DNA of 56,105 nucleotides, counting the filler, from Sphacelaria rigidula (lineage: Eukaryota), in assembly GCA_964200075.2 (NCBI GenBank). It is 6 parts of 6 records of this genome, joined end to end, with 100 filler letters (N's around TTAATTAATTAA, not from the genome) between each part and the next. Parts side by side here need not be neighbours in the genome. Positions count along the whole stretch, not along the records: positions 18,737 to 28,004 come from CAXNAA020008875.1; positions 28,105 to 37,371 come from CAXNAA020008876.1; 4 more parts are not named here. The stretch is one strand, 5' to 3'. Each line of letters begins with the position of its first letter. Positions within the stretch are counted from its first letter, which is position 1. Below, piece after piece: positions 21,943 through 34,615 of the stretch. The position numbers and the translations under genes are program-made. The notes under the pieces were generated by a model. The model worked only from the letters and a program-made list of their open reading frames with translations. It did not search any database and was not told the origin of the DNA.

Positions 21943-24900
21943 CTGCTTCCCCTTGCGCTTGGGCCTGGGTGGAGGCGCATCCAGGGAGACAGGCACCAGC
22001 CCTTCAAACGTCCTCGCCAGCGGATGTACGTTCACCGCGGATGCAGCTGCCCCCCTGAAAGTCTGCTGCTCTAAATGCTGCCGCGTCGCAAACGAGTCAA
22101 ATTCCTGCCAGCAGTTTGGACAAAACACGAAAGAAGATGAATAATTGTCGAGAGAAGTATGAAATAAGCCCTTGGATTAACTCCCACCGAACGGTGGGGG
22201 ATTGAGCACGACCAATGTTTGTGCCACTCGGTGACACGAAGTGTCAAGAGTAAGGCTGCTGTGGGGTACGAGGGGTGATGCCGCACGATGACGTCCGCAT
22301 TGTGCACAGTCTTATCGAACAGCAGATAATACACTCCCAGTGTTGAAGCACGTGGTCTAACAACCTCCTTCATCTTGAGTTCAAGGGCTTGTTGCTCCAT
22401 CGCTGTCGACCACAGAGAGGGCTCCTGCAAACTGGACGGTCGAACGAACACGTCTTCCTTCGATTCTCTTGCCGCATCCATGGGCACATGATTCCCCCGT
22501 CCAAGTGCAGAAGAGCCCCAATGCTGCTTCAGCTTCCTGGGGTGTGAGGGGCCAGATGGCCGTGGTGTAGGGGCTGGCGGAGGTGGACGGGGGTCCTGCT
22601 CGTCGTCCTCTTCATCCTCCCGCTGGTTGTTATCATGTTGCCCGGTGTCCTGTCCCCAGTTGTCCATGCTGAAAGACTCCGTATCATCTTCGCGATTGGG
22701 CGTACTGTATTTGTACACCTGCATCCCCAGTCGGAACAGGCGGCGGCATTGTGAAATCAACGGGTGAGAGGGAGATTTTAATCCATGGTTCAAAGAACAG
22801 TTCTCGGAATATCAGGACCGTAACCTCGAACCAAAATCAAGCTGCAAAGAACACACATTGTTCTGCATATATCGTCCAAGACATTGATTGAACACACTTG
22901 CTCTGCATTGGCGAAGCTGACGCGTCGGGGCGTTGCTGGCCTTTGTCCTGGAATCGGTGCTGTCGCGCTTGGATTGGGACCTTCTTCACGCTCCTCACCC
23001 CTACCTCGCGCTTCTTCCTTGTCGTCAACGTGCTCTGTGCCACGCACGGAACAATACCACGAGCGAACACGGGACACAAGACCCAAAGACCTATTTAGCT
23101 CATACTCAAATATCATCGATTGACAAAACCAACGCACTTTCTTTCAAACTTCGTCAAGATGGCACCACAATCAGGGCACGAGCGGTAATCTTCGTGAACC
23201 CCCCCCCCCCCTCCCCCGTCAATCGACCCTCCATCACAGAAAACCAGCAATATACGGGGCAGCCTTCACGTCGCTGGTCTCACGTACCTTCGGATCCTCC
23301 GTGCGCTACAGATGGCCTGGTCTCACTAGAACCCTGTTGTTTTTCCTCGTTTTCAAAATTCCGAGGCGGTGGGTTCGTGTCGTCAGCCGTGTATCCGGGT
23401 GGTATTGGAATACGTGTATCTTGGTGACGGTTTGGGTGGAGCGGTGGCGGCGGCGGCGATGAAGGCAGCTGCAGCGGCAGAGGTCTCAGCGGAGTCTTGG
23501 GTAAGGCAGCCGCGGGCCATACGCGGACCCGAGCACCGTGTTTTGTGCAAGTTCTCAGGACCTCTTGCTCTTCGCGTCGCGCTTGTTTGACTGCTGCGGC
23601 TGCCACACCCTCCGTCGAGTCTCCTATACAATTTGTGGCGTTTGGTTGCGTGGAGACAGGACGGAGACAGAATGAAACGACGTTCACCCCTTCATACCTT
23701 GGGTGCGAAATCTTGTGCGCGGGAGCGGCGCCGGTGTCCACATGTTTATTGTACAGTATATCCATCATTCGGCGGCATCTTCAAGACAGTTGTGTATTAT
23801 CAACGGCTTAATTTCGTAGGGATAGAAAGTATGCAATAGCCGTTTACTAGACCGTCACTCGTCAATCGCAGCGTTCGGTGCAGAGGCAAGCATGTGCCAA
23901 GGTCCGTCGACTGCCAACTGACGCGCCAACGCTAGACCGTACAAAGGTGGACCTCCAAGGAGAAGTTCGGAATTCAAGAGGTCGTGTCGTGGACATCAAA
24001 CAGCTGTACATGTCCGTCAGTCTTGGATAATATATTGGATTGCGTGTCGAGTACAGTAGGCGCTTTGCAGATCAACTCGAGGCTGTCCAGCATTAGGCGA
24101 AAGAGCCAAAAAGAGACTGGCAGAAGACACGCCGCGCACTGTCCTAGCATGAGCCAGTTCCCCAAAATGGTGATACTGCCAAGAAACGTTTTCCCATCGG
24201 TTCCGCCTAATAGTTCAGTAATGTGTTGTATATGAAAACCTTCGCCCCTCTCCTTCACTATAAACCCGTTCATTTCGTTACTCACTGCTCTTGTATATGT
24301 TTCACTCTCACCGTCCCTCCCACCGTCTCGAGGTGCAATGGTCTCAACCTGCTCGATCGCAAACTCGCACAACGCCGCCGCCGACCCCAAGCGACACTCC
24401 ACGACGAGCTCGAACTGCCGCGACGGCAAGCCATCAGCACCAACAAAAGCAGCGTCGCCAGCCTTGTCCCCGGTGACCAGCGGCCGGTAAGTTCGCACGA
24501 TACCTTCGGCATCCGCCGTAGCAATCAATTCCTGGAGCAATAAACACGATTTGATGATACGTGGCGGAGAGAGACGGGGGACGGGAGACGGAGAGGACGC
24601 GGGGGACGAGGGCGAATTAGCTCATGGGCTTGACAATACACCCTCTTTTTTGCCACGTAGACATGACAGGTGGCGCGAACACAACGCCAACAGTATCTTA
24701 ATGTTCATCCACGTGGTCAAACGAGACAGGGACGAACGCGATTGACGATGCCATTCTCATGATACAGCTCACGTGTTGACAAAATCACCGACAGTATGCC
24801 ACAGGCTCCCACTCTCGTACCTTTCGTTTCGATGCTCGCGCACTGGCTCCTTCATCAGCAAAACAACAAACCACACTATACCGTCAGCCAGCTTGAAAAA

Positions 24901-27144
24901 TATCCCTTAGCTCGAAGCAACGCATTCTGGTAATAAAAGCAGAAGAACAAGCGAGAGACGAGCGTGAGCACGCTCCAACGATGAAAGGGTAGAGGTACCC
25001 CAATACATGGCCGTCGACCCAGGAATCTTCCTCTCTCTCCTTCTCTTTATCTCTCTCTCTCTCCCTCTCTCTCTCCCTCTCTCTCTCTCTCTCCCTCTCT
25101 CTCTTTGTGTGTTTCTCAGGTGTACGTTCGTACGTACCTCTTCACGACTACAGGTCACGCTCGTGACGCGTTGACGAGTGTGTTGCAGCTTCATCAACAG
25201 CCTTCCGAGCTGTATCTTATTTTTCGTGCCGCAGGCGAGCGAGCCATCCGGCGGCGGTGGTTCTAAAGCGAAGCCGAATACCGTTCCTTCAGCGCAGCCC
25301 ACCATCACTAGCGGCGTTCGGTACGACGGGCCCGTCGCCAGGCTGGACACCTGTTGGAACCACGGAAGTGTGACCATTGCGGTCAAGGTCTGTCGAAATG
25401 CTACAGGGATGTTGGCACTGAATTGTGCCCCAGTAGGCTGTATTGGTGATGTTGACATAAAATACGGTGTCCGATAAAAGGTTGATGAGCGGCTGTCAAT
25501 CTGTTCGGAGTGGCGGCTATCACTGGTACTATGCACGGTACGTCGAAGACAGTGAGACACATACCTCGATTTTCGTGAGGTCTTTTTTACTCGCGTCAAG
25601 TCCACAAAACAAAAAAACAGCAAAAAAAGAGCCGAAGCATCACCGGTGGGTAAGATGGGTTGATCGCTTGAAACTACGGCCTGGTCCCGAGGAGGGGGAG
25701 TGGGTGGAAAGTATCACAAGAGTAAACATATCAGCGTTGGGATGGAGAATGATGAACCTGAAAAAAATAAATATATATATATACATACATGTAATCACGT
25801 GCCTGGGGCGGTCCAGTGGTTGTCCGCCTTCTACCCACGAAACCAAGAAACAAAGATGCCGTACCCGTGCGCAGTCATCGAACCGGCATAGTTGAACACA
25901 TACCTGACAGCCGCCGACATGCATTTCCGTGAGAATATTGAGGCTTAGTCTTGCCGCAGATCCAGTGCCATGTTGAACGTCTTCGTACGTGGCCATCCAC
26001 AGCCGCACAACGTCGCCTGTTCCGATCAATTGGAAAAGGGGGGGAGTGATGAAGATGGAGTACACTGAAGCGGCCGACTGCAACACCATCAATAGATGCG
26101 AGGCCTTCATGTGATATGGTTCTTCACAAGAAAAGGGGCCGGGGGGGGGGGATACAAACACACAAACACACACACACCCTTTGCGCCGCTGGCACGCAAA
26201 TGACACGGTGTTGGCATCTACCTGAGACGGGCGAGCTTGTTCCCCTCTTCCTCTCTCTCCGTCTCTCTCCCCCCCCTCTCTCTCACACATGTTACCCCAC
26301 TCGACGCAACAAATGGTGCGACAAAGTATGAATCGTGTGTGCTCACCTGCTGCCCCTCCTGAAACGAACAACATGCCATTTTCATCATAACCTCGCTGAG
26401 TGATACCTCTTCCTCCTTTCACCCCGACTCGTGTGTCTCGGCGAACGTGGCTGACCGCAAATACGCCCCCCTCGTGGGCTGCAGCAGACGCTACAGTTGT
26501 GCCATCCCCGTCACTACCTAATGATGCTCCTTCTCGATCTCGTGGACACGACGCGTGGTGGCCATTGGCAACACGGCCGTCTGCTTGATGCAACAGGCGG
26601 GCACAGATAACGCCATTTTCGTCCCCTGTGACTAACAACCTTCCTTCGCCGTCGATAGCGAGGCATTGTACCTATATCGTTTGTGTATAACCGAGCATGG
26701 GGTGCGTGCGACACATGACAACCTTGAGATAAAGCGAGCACCCCCCGCCCCGGATGACACGCAGTGGATGATGGTGGTACACCACTTCACAGAGTATGTC
26801 TATTCTCAAGTAACCGGTCGTGACGCAGAAAAGCAGTAGTATAGCAAAACCCTCGCATGTTCATCTCATCACCACTGCGATTCAGGTTCTCGTCGTTTGC
26901 GTTGGCGTGTACCCCCATCCGTTTTGTTCAAAGAGGCGTGCAGGGGGTGACGAGCTCTGGTTCAATCCTTTACATCACATGTATAAAGGGGTCCTTGGCA
27001 GCATTTGGTGACAGATACATGTGCTCTCACTCGCCTGGGATTCGTGGCCGTTCAAGGCCGCGACGCGTGAGCCATCGAGAAAGCCAATGGACGACGAAGA
27101 AGACATCGAAAGCTGTCTAGACGAATCCATATTTCGTGCGCCAC
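21943..27144 (-). CDS. Multi-exon WD40-repeat protein with a low-complexity Pro/acidic C-terminal half (both ends uncertain)
   Basis: Phase-consistent exon chain: 27144-27035, 26671-26347, 26016-25904, 25350-25138, 24531-24312, 23623-23288, 23034-22898, 22718-22365, 22104-21943. The spliced product contains GHESQVQCLAIDGEGRLLVTGDENGVIC, AHEGGVFAVS..FVSGGAAGDVVRLW and HTRQRVTSVTCSREEELIATADAEGIVRTY. Possible further exons at ~27800-27615 and 21790-21557. Confidence 0.8.
25030..25104 (+). repeat. (CT)n microsatellite in an intron of the WD40 gene
   Basis: Read directly from the sequence. Confidence 0.9.
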
Positions 27145-27952
27145 CTGCTCCACCCTGCTCCTCACAAAAAGGAGGGGGGTAGGCACAAAAGGGCGCACTC
27201 AGATGCTCGTCAACACCCCGGCAGACGACACCAGAAAAAACATCAACAGAGCACGAAATCAAGGTACTACTCTAAAAATGACCATGACCCTGGCGCGCGC
27301 TCGCCGGAGCTTCAGGGTACTACGGATGCGTCAAATTATACGGAGCAGTGTCTGGTGGATCACCACGAAGAGCAAGTAGGCACATATCTCGTGTTCCATC
27401 TCTCCTTTCTTTGCCAGGACCTTTCATATCACGATAAAAACAAACTATGAGAACACATGAGTAAAAACGACGAGCATAAAAAAGAACCGTGTTACTTGTA
27501 TTCGCCGCGGGTTATTGTGTACCTAAAAGCATGCGTGCGGCCGGACACGGAGTCGCCCATGACCGGCTACAAGGACGCAAAAAAGAAGGACGCCCCCGCT
27601 TGAACAACAAGCACCTGAGGGAGCTTGGTCAGCAGCACCCGGGGAGACCAGCCCTGTACGAAGACCACCTCCCCTTCCTGCCCAGGCACGAACGCCACTT
27701 GCGACCAAGCGTGGCCGACCCTCCTGGCTGGTGTGGCCAGCGAGGCATGCGAGTCTTGCCCTGTCGCTCCATCACCTCTGCGTCGGCCACGATCCCACAG
27801 ATGCACGGGGAGGGTGCTGAAGTAAACGGCGTAGCTCCGTGACGAAGTTGAGCGAGGAGACTGCTCTTCTGTATGAAAACAAGACACCAGCAGCAAGCGC
27901 AACGGCACAAGCTTAAATCAAAAGTGCGGACACCTGACGCTTGACTTTATTG

Positions 27953-28004
27953 GGAGGGGGGGGAGGGGGGGGGGCGTACTCATTTGTTGCTTGCCTTAGT
28001 CGTT
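27953..28004 (+). repeat. Copy of the poly-G-associated short element at the end of contig 3
   Basis: G-tract followed by CGTACTCATTTGTTGCTTGCCTTAGTCGTT, running into the gap. Confidence 0.6.
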
Positions 28005-28104
28005 NNNNNNNNNNNNNNNNNNNNNNNNNNNNNNNNNNNNNNNNNNNNTTAATTAATTAANNNNNNNNNNNNNNNNNNNNNNNNNNNNNNNNNNNNNNNN
28101 NNNN

Positions 28105-28176
28105 TCATGCATACTTTTTTTCACTTGAAATTGATGCCGATTCAACAGAAGACTAACCTCGCGGTCTAAGGGTTAA
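28105..28176 (-). mobile_element. Partial copy of a ~100-bp piggyBac-like MITE (cut by the contig start)
   Basis: Reverse complement of 28415-28487. Ends in ...CGCGGTCTAAGGG|TTAA. Confidence 0.7.
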
Positions 28177-28414
28177 AGTACCCCCTGAAGTGCCTAGTTT
28201 TCGTTTGTGACTGCAGAATGTTCCGGTATTTTTAAGACTTTTTCTTCGAGAATGGCAAACTTCAAAATAGCTAACGAGAGGTCGTGTACTTCCATATTTT
28301 TTTGCTAAAAATGAGGTCCTTGACCGGCATGTGCTGAGTGCGGGTCAATAGAGTACACAACTGCTGAATCGATGTCTTTTTGCAGCAGAGCCTACCGCTT
28401 GGTAGGCATGCAAC

Positions 28415-28521
28415 TTAAACCCCTATACCGCGAGGTTGGTCTTCTGTTGAATCGGCATCTATTTCAAGTGGAAAAAAGTATGCATGATCGAGAAAGACTA
28501 ATCTCGCGGTCTAAGGGTTAA
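28415..28521 (+). mobile_element. ~100-bp piggyBac-like MITE flanked by TTAA
   Basis: TTAA(A)CCCCTATACCGCGAGGTTGGTCTT...AAGACTAATCTCGCGGTCTAAGGG-TTAA, giving imperfect ~24-bp TIRs with CCC..GGG ends. Confidence 0.75.
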
Positions 28522-29089
28522 GTGAGGCTGTGCTCCTAACGCGTGCATAACGCGTTTCCGTCTAGAAGCGCCGAGTGTGAGGCCTCGCAGCGCACACTTT
28601 GCCCCGGAACACTTTTCAACCACCATTGCCCGAGGCTTCTCTGTATGCCCTCGTTGAGGTGAGGGTTACGGTTAGGGCTAGAGTTATTCGAAATCTTGAA
28701 CTCGATCTAGTTCTATTCCCACCAAGTGGTGACTTAAGCTCTTTTTTAGTGCACGGCATGGACTTGATTGTTGAGACCCTGAGCCCTCGTCTCGCTGAAC
28801 TAAACGCCTTTTTTCGTGAACATGTGCGTGTTCGGCATCTTTCTGAACCTCTGGCCGGTTTGGACCTCGCAGTCTATTGCGTGAAGAGTCAATATGTTTG
28901 CTGAATGTCTTCGCTGGATACATCGATAAGCAGCAGTCAGCGCGCCATCGCTCTCCACTGATGTGCCTGCGTGGCGTTGCAAAACACTGCAGACAGTTTG
29001 AAGCCGTGCTGGAAGCACATGAGGAGTCAGGCGGGCGGCACACACCACGAGCAGAGTAAAAAAACGTCACTTCTGCCCATGTTATCTAT

Positions 29090-29473
29090 CACACGTCCGA
29101 CAGATCATGATCCGTCTGAAAATTACTTCCTCTCAGTGTAAGGACTCGGCGTTCACATTCTATGTGTTTTTTGTACCAACGGATCCGAGAGCATTTGATG
29201 AGTTATTTAACCCTCTTGGAACTCACGAAAAACAGTACAAACTCCCATATGCAAGCTTTCGTCACCTGGAAAACGTGGCTTAGAGTTCGGTGCACGAATC
29301 TATCACATTAGTTTACTTAAACTTGGAGTTGTTCACCGTTTTGGTGGGCTGCATTTTCGACACTTGCAGAAAAACAACCATATCTTGCCCAAGAAAACGT
29401 CAACTGTAAATCGTCATTTCTCCATCAACGGTTCCAAAAGGGTCAAGACAGATCACGATCTGTCCGATGTGTG
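29090..29473. mobile_element. 384-bp MITE with an 8-bp TSD (hAT- or P-like)
   Basis: Left TIR CACACGTCCGACAGATCATGATC; right TIR reverse complement CACACATCGGACAGATCGTGATC. Flanks are TTATCTAT (29082-89) and TTATCTAC (29474-81). Confidence 0.8.
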
Positions 29474-29609
29474 TTATCTACGGTTGAATTGCCATGACCA
29501 CAAGGATGAAAACGGTCAGACATCAAAGTTGCGATATATATTACCACATGGTAGGGTGACTGTTGAAAAATTGTTTCACATTATTCGAGTTTGAACACCG
29601 AACTTCGGA

Positions 29610-30410
29610 TCTTCAGTGGGGCTCACGAACCCAAGTGCTCCTAGCGTGCGCAGGAAGCATTTTCGGCACCATGGGCGCCTGCGACGCCGATTTGAGGTCT
29701 GCCAACGCCGCGATTTGACCAGGGAACACTCTGCACCCCCCTCGCCCGAAGGTTTTCGGTTCACCTTGGGTTGGGTACAAGCAAGTGGTGATATGGCGTC
29801 CGAGGTGGTCCACCTGTAGGGGATCAAAGTGACCCGTTTGATGGCTGTGATTGTTCAGAACGGTCACTCTCCGCTCCTCTCGGTCCTCGTTCCCGGCTTA
29901 CATTTTTCCGCGGACAACTTCCAAACACACATGGTTGACGAGGTGAGCTTTTCGGCTGTTCTGCGAACAGACCCTCACCCCCTGTGAAGAACCACGCCTA
30001 CCCACCTCCTGGAAACCCCTGGATGTCCCTGGACTGTCAGCCTGTGAAACGGTTTCGAGACGACGATAGCTGTCGAGTGGAAATAAGTTGGAATGTAGCG
30101 CATGGATCATTCAGAGACCGTCTCGGGGAGAAATTCGGCATTGGGTTGTGCAGGTTGATGAAACCAGACTCCTGGTGAAGGTTGCACCGGATCTTCACGT
30201 GCACGTTATATGTGTTATATTTTTCTTGGTATTGATCTGCAATGTCGTTCTGTTCGACCCCTCTTTCTTCTCTTTTCTTTTCCTGTTTTTTTTTTTCTTC
30301 CTCAGAGCGTGTTTGAATTCCATTTTTGTTGAGCACGTCTATCATGAGACCACGGCTGGACCCCTGGGGGGTCAGTTAAAGTGCGACAATCAATCAATCA
30401 ATCAATCAAT
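29610..30410 (+). mobile_element. Probable 5'-truncated non-LTR retroelement 3' end with an (AATC)n tail
   Basis: Decayed coding-like sequence, then a T-rich UTR-like stretch ending in (CAAT)6 at 30387-30410. No diagnostic protein motif recognised. Confidence 0.4.
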
Positions 30411-32244
30411 TGACCGATGTCCGTACGTGAAGTGTCAATACTTCAGGCAAAAGGTTGTCACTCTGCGCCGTGTCACTTCGGCCTTGAATCGCTCTCTGGG
30501 TAGCTGCCCCTTTGTTCACATAACCATCAAGGTCCCGTCTTGACGGTAGAACAAACGTGAGAACTCATTGTGATGATGAAAATGAGAACGACGAACAGCT
30601 TACGCGTGGCAATCATTTTACGCTTCGCAGTCTCATTCTTATTCTCACGAAAAATAACTATATATATTTTCGTGAGAACGGAGGAGCAATTCGATAAAAG
30701 TGTGAAAGGGCGCGTAAAATGGTTGCCACGCGTGAGCTGTTCGCCATTCTCACTCGTTATCGCAGTGAGCTCAGGGCGTGTCCCTCCGCATTTTTTTCTC
30801 CGATCGAAAAAGTGCGGCCGATTTTTTTTGCCGATCTGATAGATCCCCCGCATTTATGTTCCCAGAAGGCTTCAACTAAAAATTCTAATTAGCGGCGCGC
30901 GGAGAAGAATGCATCGAGGTAAAAAACAATCGTTTTCGATTGAAAACATGCGGTCGAAAGGCACGAAGTGGCATTTGACTCCTATCTTACAGACCACCAC
31001 GCCAAATAACACCTGTTCACAAAACTATGCAAACTCCATCCAACTCATTCTCAGCTACCACCCCAATCCTGCAGCGTAGAGCACGAGTTGAGCACGGGGA
31101 TAGATACACTGCAGTAGTCGGGTGTACTTCGTTTATTTTCGGTTGGCGAAAACTTGCGCATCTTCTCTCATGGTAAGCATCAGCGACGGAACTGCGTGAA
31201 ACGGTTGGTAATCGAGTTGCGTGGATGCTCATGGACAGTGCAGGCAGTACACAGCTTTAAGTTGCTAAAGTCCTTTTCACGTCGCATTGTAAGCAGAGAG
31301 AGCTGATAGTCCTGGGCTGTCTGCACTGCACGTTGCCCGCTTCTCCTTCATATCCTCCTCCACGAAACACGCACACACGCACTGAAGACACCCTGCTTTC
31401 AAGCAGTGCAGACAGTTGAGACTGTACTGTACACGAGTGACCATGTGTACCGTTTCATGAATTTCACCGCCTTTTTTCGATCGAAAGCTTGAAAATCTAT
31501 CCGAAGCCACCCGCATCAAAATGAGAAATTTTCGCTCAAATCGATTCCTCCGCCCCATTTTTTCGATCGAAAAGAACAGTGCTGAGACAGGCCCTCACAG
31601 AACACTATATTCGTGAGATTTGGAACGTAGTTTCAGAATCAGAGTCAGACCCGAAACAATTGACTTCACCGTCGATTTTGACATCGCCACAGTTCGAGGA
31701 TTAATGCGCCCAGCTCGTACAGCGGTGGCTTTAATGGAAGCTGTCACCTACACGATCAAGTTGACACATCACTTGATCGCAACGACGTAGTCAGTTCATT
31801 GCAACAAATGATCCCCTCTTTCAGGAAAAAACGATTAGTGCCTGAAACAGTTTCAGTTCCGAAATGTTCCCCAGGCGTAAAAATGCTTTGTGCGATATCT
31901 CACCAACCAGGCCGCCGAATTCCTCGAATGGGGTACTGTACGGTAGCTGCATGCACAGGACGTGTACTCAAGCAAAATAAAGAAGGGAAAAGTTGCCTGT
32001 AAGGAACGCTACGTTCTGAATCTCACGGAATATAGTGTTGCAGTTGTTTTCTCCCGTGAAGACGGGGCCTGAGGGCGTGTCTAGCACATTATTTTGTACC
32101 GAAAATGTGCGGTGGAGAAAACAAATTCCAATGTGGTAGATCGTTATTTTCAGCTATCTTCATTTTTGTTAAAATCACGATCTATCGCATTATAATGTTT
32201 GTGTTGCACCGAACTTTTTCGATCGAAAAATGATTTGCTAAGAT

Positions 32245-32920
32245 CTGACTACCACATGCCGCCATACCACGAGGTCCTCGAACGAACTAGCTACGAGTGT
32301 ATTGAGGTCACAGTGATGAAGCGAACCCTCCTACACGCCGGCCGAGTTGTGCGCATGACAGTAGGCGTCGTCATTCATGGAGTGATGGTTGGGGAAAGAC
32401 GAAGGCAGGCCGACCAACAAGGCTCCTACAACACTGTATCACGGACTACTGCTCGTACTTTGGAATAAACGCGACGTCGTGGACGCAGGTTGCCCGAGAT
32501 GTGTCCGAATGGTCCCGTGTTGTAGAGGAGGTGGCAAACATGTACATGGCAGCCTAGACTAAAGCACGCCGCGCTGAAGAACTTCTTGTTGTGCTACCAC
32601 TAGAGCTCCCCCAGTGCATACCGAGGACCTTCGAAGGTGGTCGCACGGCAAAACGTTCCATCGGGTAGTATACTCACTAGTACATGCGCGGTCTCTCCGA
32701 ATAGCTGTGGTGGTGGTCGATTAGGGTGACTGGGGTTGTGTTTTTTAGTTGCCCCCCGCCCGGTAGCCTTGCGAATCCCTTTGTGTCACCTGTCTTTTCT
32801 TTTGTCTTTCCCTCTCGTGTCGGTATGCTTTTCTTGATACATCGAAGTGTTTTTTTTTCCTACCCCGTTTAACTCGGGGAAGCTACTTCTCATGTTTTCT
32901 GCTTTCTGTCTCTCCTTTGT
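32245..32920 (+). mobile_element. RTE-type LINE 3' remnant
   Basis: YHEVLERTSYECIEVTVMKRTLLHAGRVVRM resembles the post-RT region of RTE elements (..EVL......I....R.RRL.WAGHV.RM). It is followed by stops and a T-rich tail region. Confidence 0.7.
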
Positions 32921-33104
32921 ACCCCCCCCCATCCATGTGCGCACCCTTTTCAAGTACCAAGGAAGCGATGTTTGCTTACACGCTTACTAAGAAACGGTAC
33001 CTTTCGCACTGAAAAAATGTTCGAGATTCCCATGCCTGGCCGAAAACTCGTGTCTTGTGTGGAGGGTTGGTGACGGTTTTAGGTTAACCTTGAGTGGAAA
33101 TTTT

Positions 33105-34615
33105 CACGGTTAGGACAAATCAAATCGTGATCCAACTCGTGTTCATTTGAACGAAGGAATCATACGATTCGTACACCATCTGTGATTTGTACATGTTTTG
33201 AGTTCGTGATTCGTACGACACAAATTGAAGTGTACACATTCCGAGTTCGTGATTCGTGCGGGGCACCGTGGGAGGTACATGTTTCTTACCTTCCCTTCAT
33301 ACAGGGTAAATCATGTGTACATGTCGCCCAACGCTTAGTTCATTCGGCATTAATCGCATATACATCTGCCCTGGGGGATCTCGGTGTGGATGGCATCCGG
33401 GAGTATCTGCGAGGAGGGAGGGGGGGGGCATACGCGAACTAGTATCGTGCTTCAAGTTGTGTGGTTTGAGGTGTGTTTTTGGAACATCCATCATGTGTGT
33501 AGTGACTTTTTGGTTCACACATGGAACAAATCGTACGGTCCCGCAGAGGGCGGCGATTTGTTCCCGCTTTCCACCCGTGATTCATCACTCATGAATCGTG
33601 GGGAGGTGATTTCCATCTTGCCTTCATACGACATGAATCATGTGTACATGTTTCTCACCTTCCGGTCATCCATGAATTGAGGGTACGTTTTCTCCCCTGT
33701 CTGTCATGAATCCATGAATCATGGATACACGTTTCCCACCCTGCCTTCATTGGCATGAGTCAGGGATACACATGTATCCCCCTCAGTTCATTCGGCATGA
33801 ATCATATGTATATGACACCCACCCTTGCGTTCATGCGGGATGAATCATTGATTCATGTCTCCTACCTTCTACGCATACGGCATGAATCATTGATACATAT
33901 ATCCTACCCTTGAATTCATGTGGGGTGAATCGTGATTACATTTTACTCCCGTGAAGTTGATGCGGGATTAATCATGGGTACATTTTTTCCCCTCGTTTTC
34001 ATGCGGGGTGACTCATGGGTACATGTGACCCACCCTTTGCTTCATGGGGGATGAAGCATTATTGTATTTTCCACCAAATGACTCGTACATGGGCGATGAC
34101 GTATGTATTTTTCAACACTGATTCGTGTTACACAACCTGAAGTGTACACATTTCAAGTTCATGATTCGTACCGGATGACTCATTGGTACATCATTTGCAC
34201 TCGAACATTCACTGGGAGAGTGTGTGTGTTGTCGTCCCATCTATTCTGGACGCCTGTCTACACCTTTCGGTATATGTGGGCGCACCAGCCGGGGTTACAC
34301 AGGAAGAAGGTCAACACGGGAGCTTGTTCTCTTTTATTTGTTTTTAGTGTCCCACCTTCCTTCTGCGGTGCTTGCCTTCATTTTTCATCGCGAGAGGGGT
34401 TTAGCAATCCCTTTCCCTCGTCGACCGTTAAGTCGAACTTTGTCTACCCACGACATAGTCGCTCTCCACTGTTGGGCATTGTGTGAGGAAGAATCCCAGA
34501 TCGCTCCGAGAATTGAACCCACCACCCAACCGTAAGAAGGTTCCGAGGTTACCAACTGAGCCACCGTGGCGACCGGTAGGTCAACCCGTATGAACTCTGA
34601 TTCGTCTGAGCCGTG
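33105..34615. mobile_element. Non-autonomous TIR element (CACGG...CCGTG, degenerate 8-bp TSD) filled with ~48-bp CATGAATCAT repeats, with a nested SINE
   Basis: Left end CACGGTTAGGACAAATCA; right end reverse complement CACGGCTCAGACGAATCA. Flanks GAAATTTT and GAAGATTT. Degenerate tandem array at ~33590-34090. Confidence 0.6.
34220..34576 (-). mobile_element. tRNA-derived SINE with a (CA)n tail
   Basis: Minus strand reads CCGGTCGCCACGG-TGGCTCAGTTGG (A box, ~34552-34563) ... GGTTCAATTCTC (B box, ~34508-34519), then a ~280-bp body ending GACGACAACACACACAC. Confidence 0.85.

Noticed and set aside
23974..24116. Extra WD40-gene exon (VSFWLF...DGHVQLFDV)
   Set aside because: It is phase-compatible but ends in a stop, while the 24312^23623 junction keeps the frame without it. 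At most an unverified alternative terminal exon.
34500..34576. Functional tRNA gene (likewise 10145-10225)
   Set aside because: A and B boxes are present, but there is no proper anticodon arm or cloverleaf, and the sequence continues into a SINE-like body.
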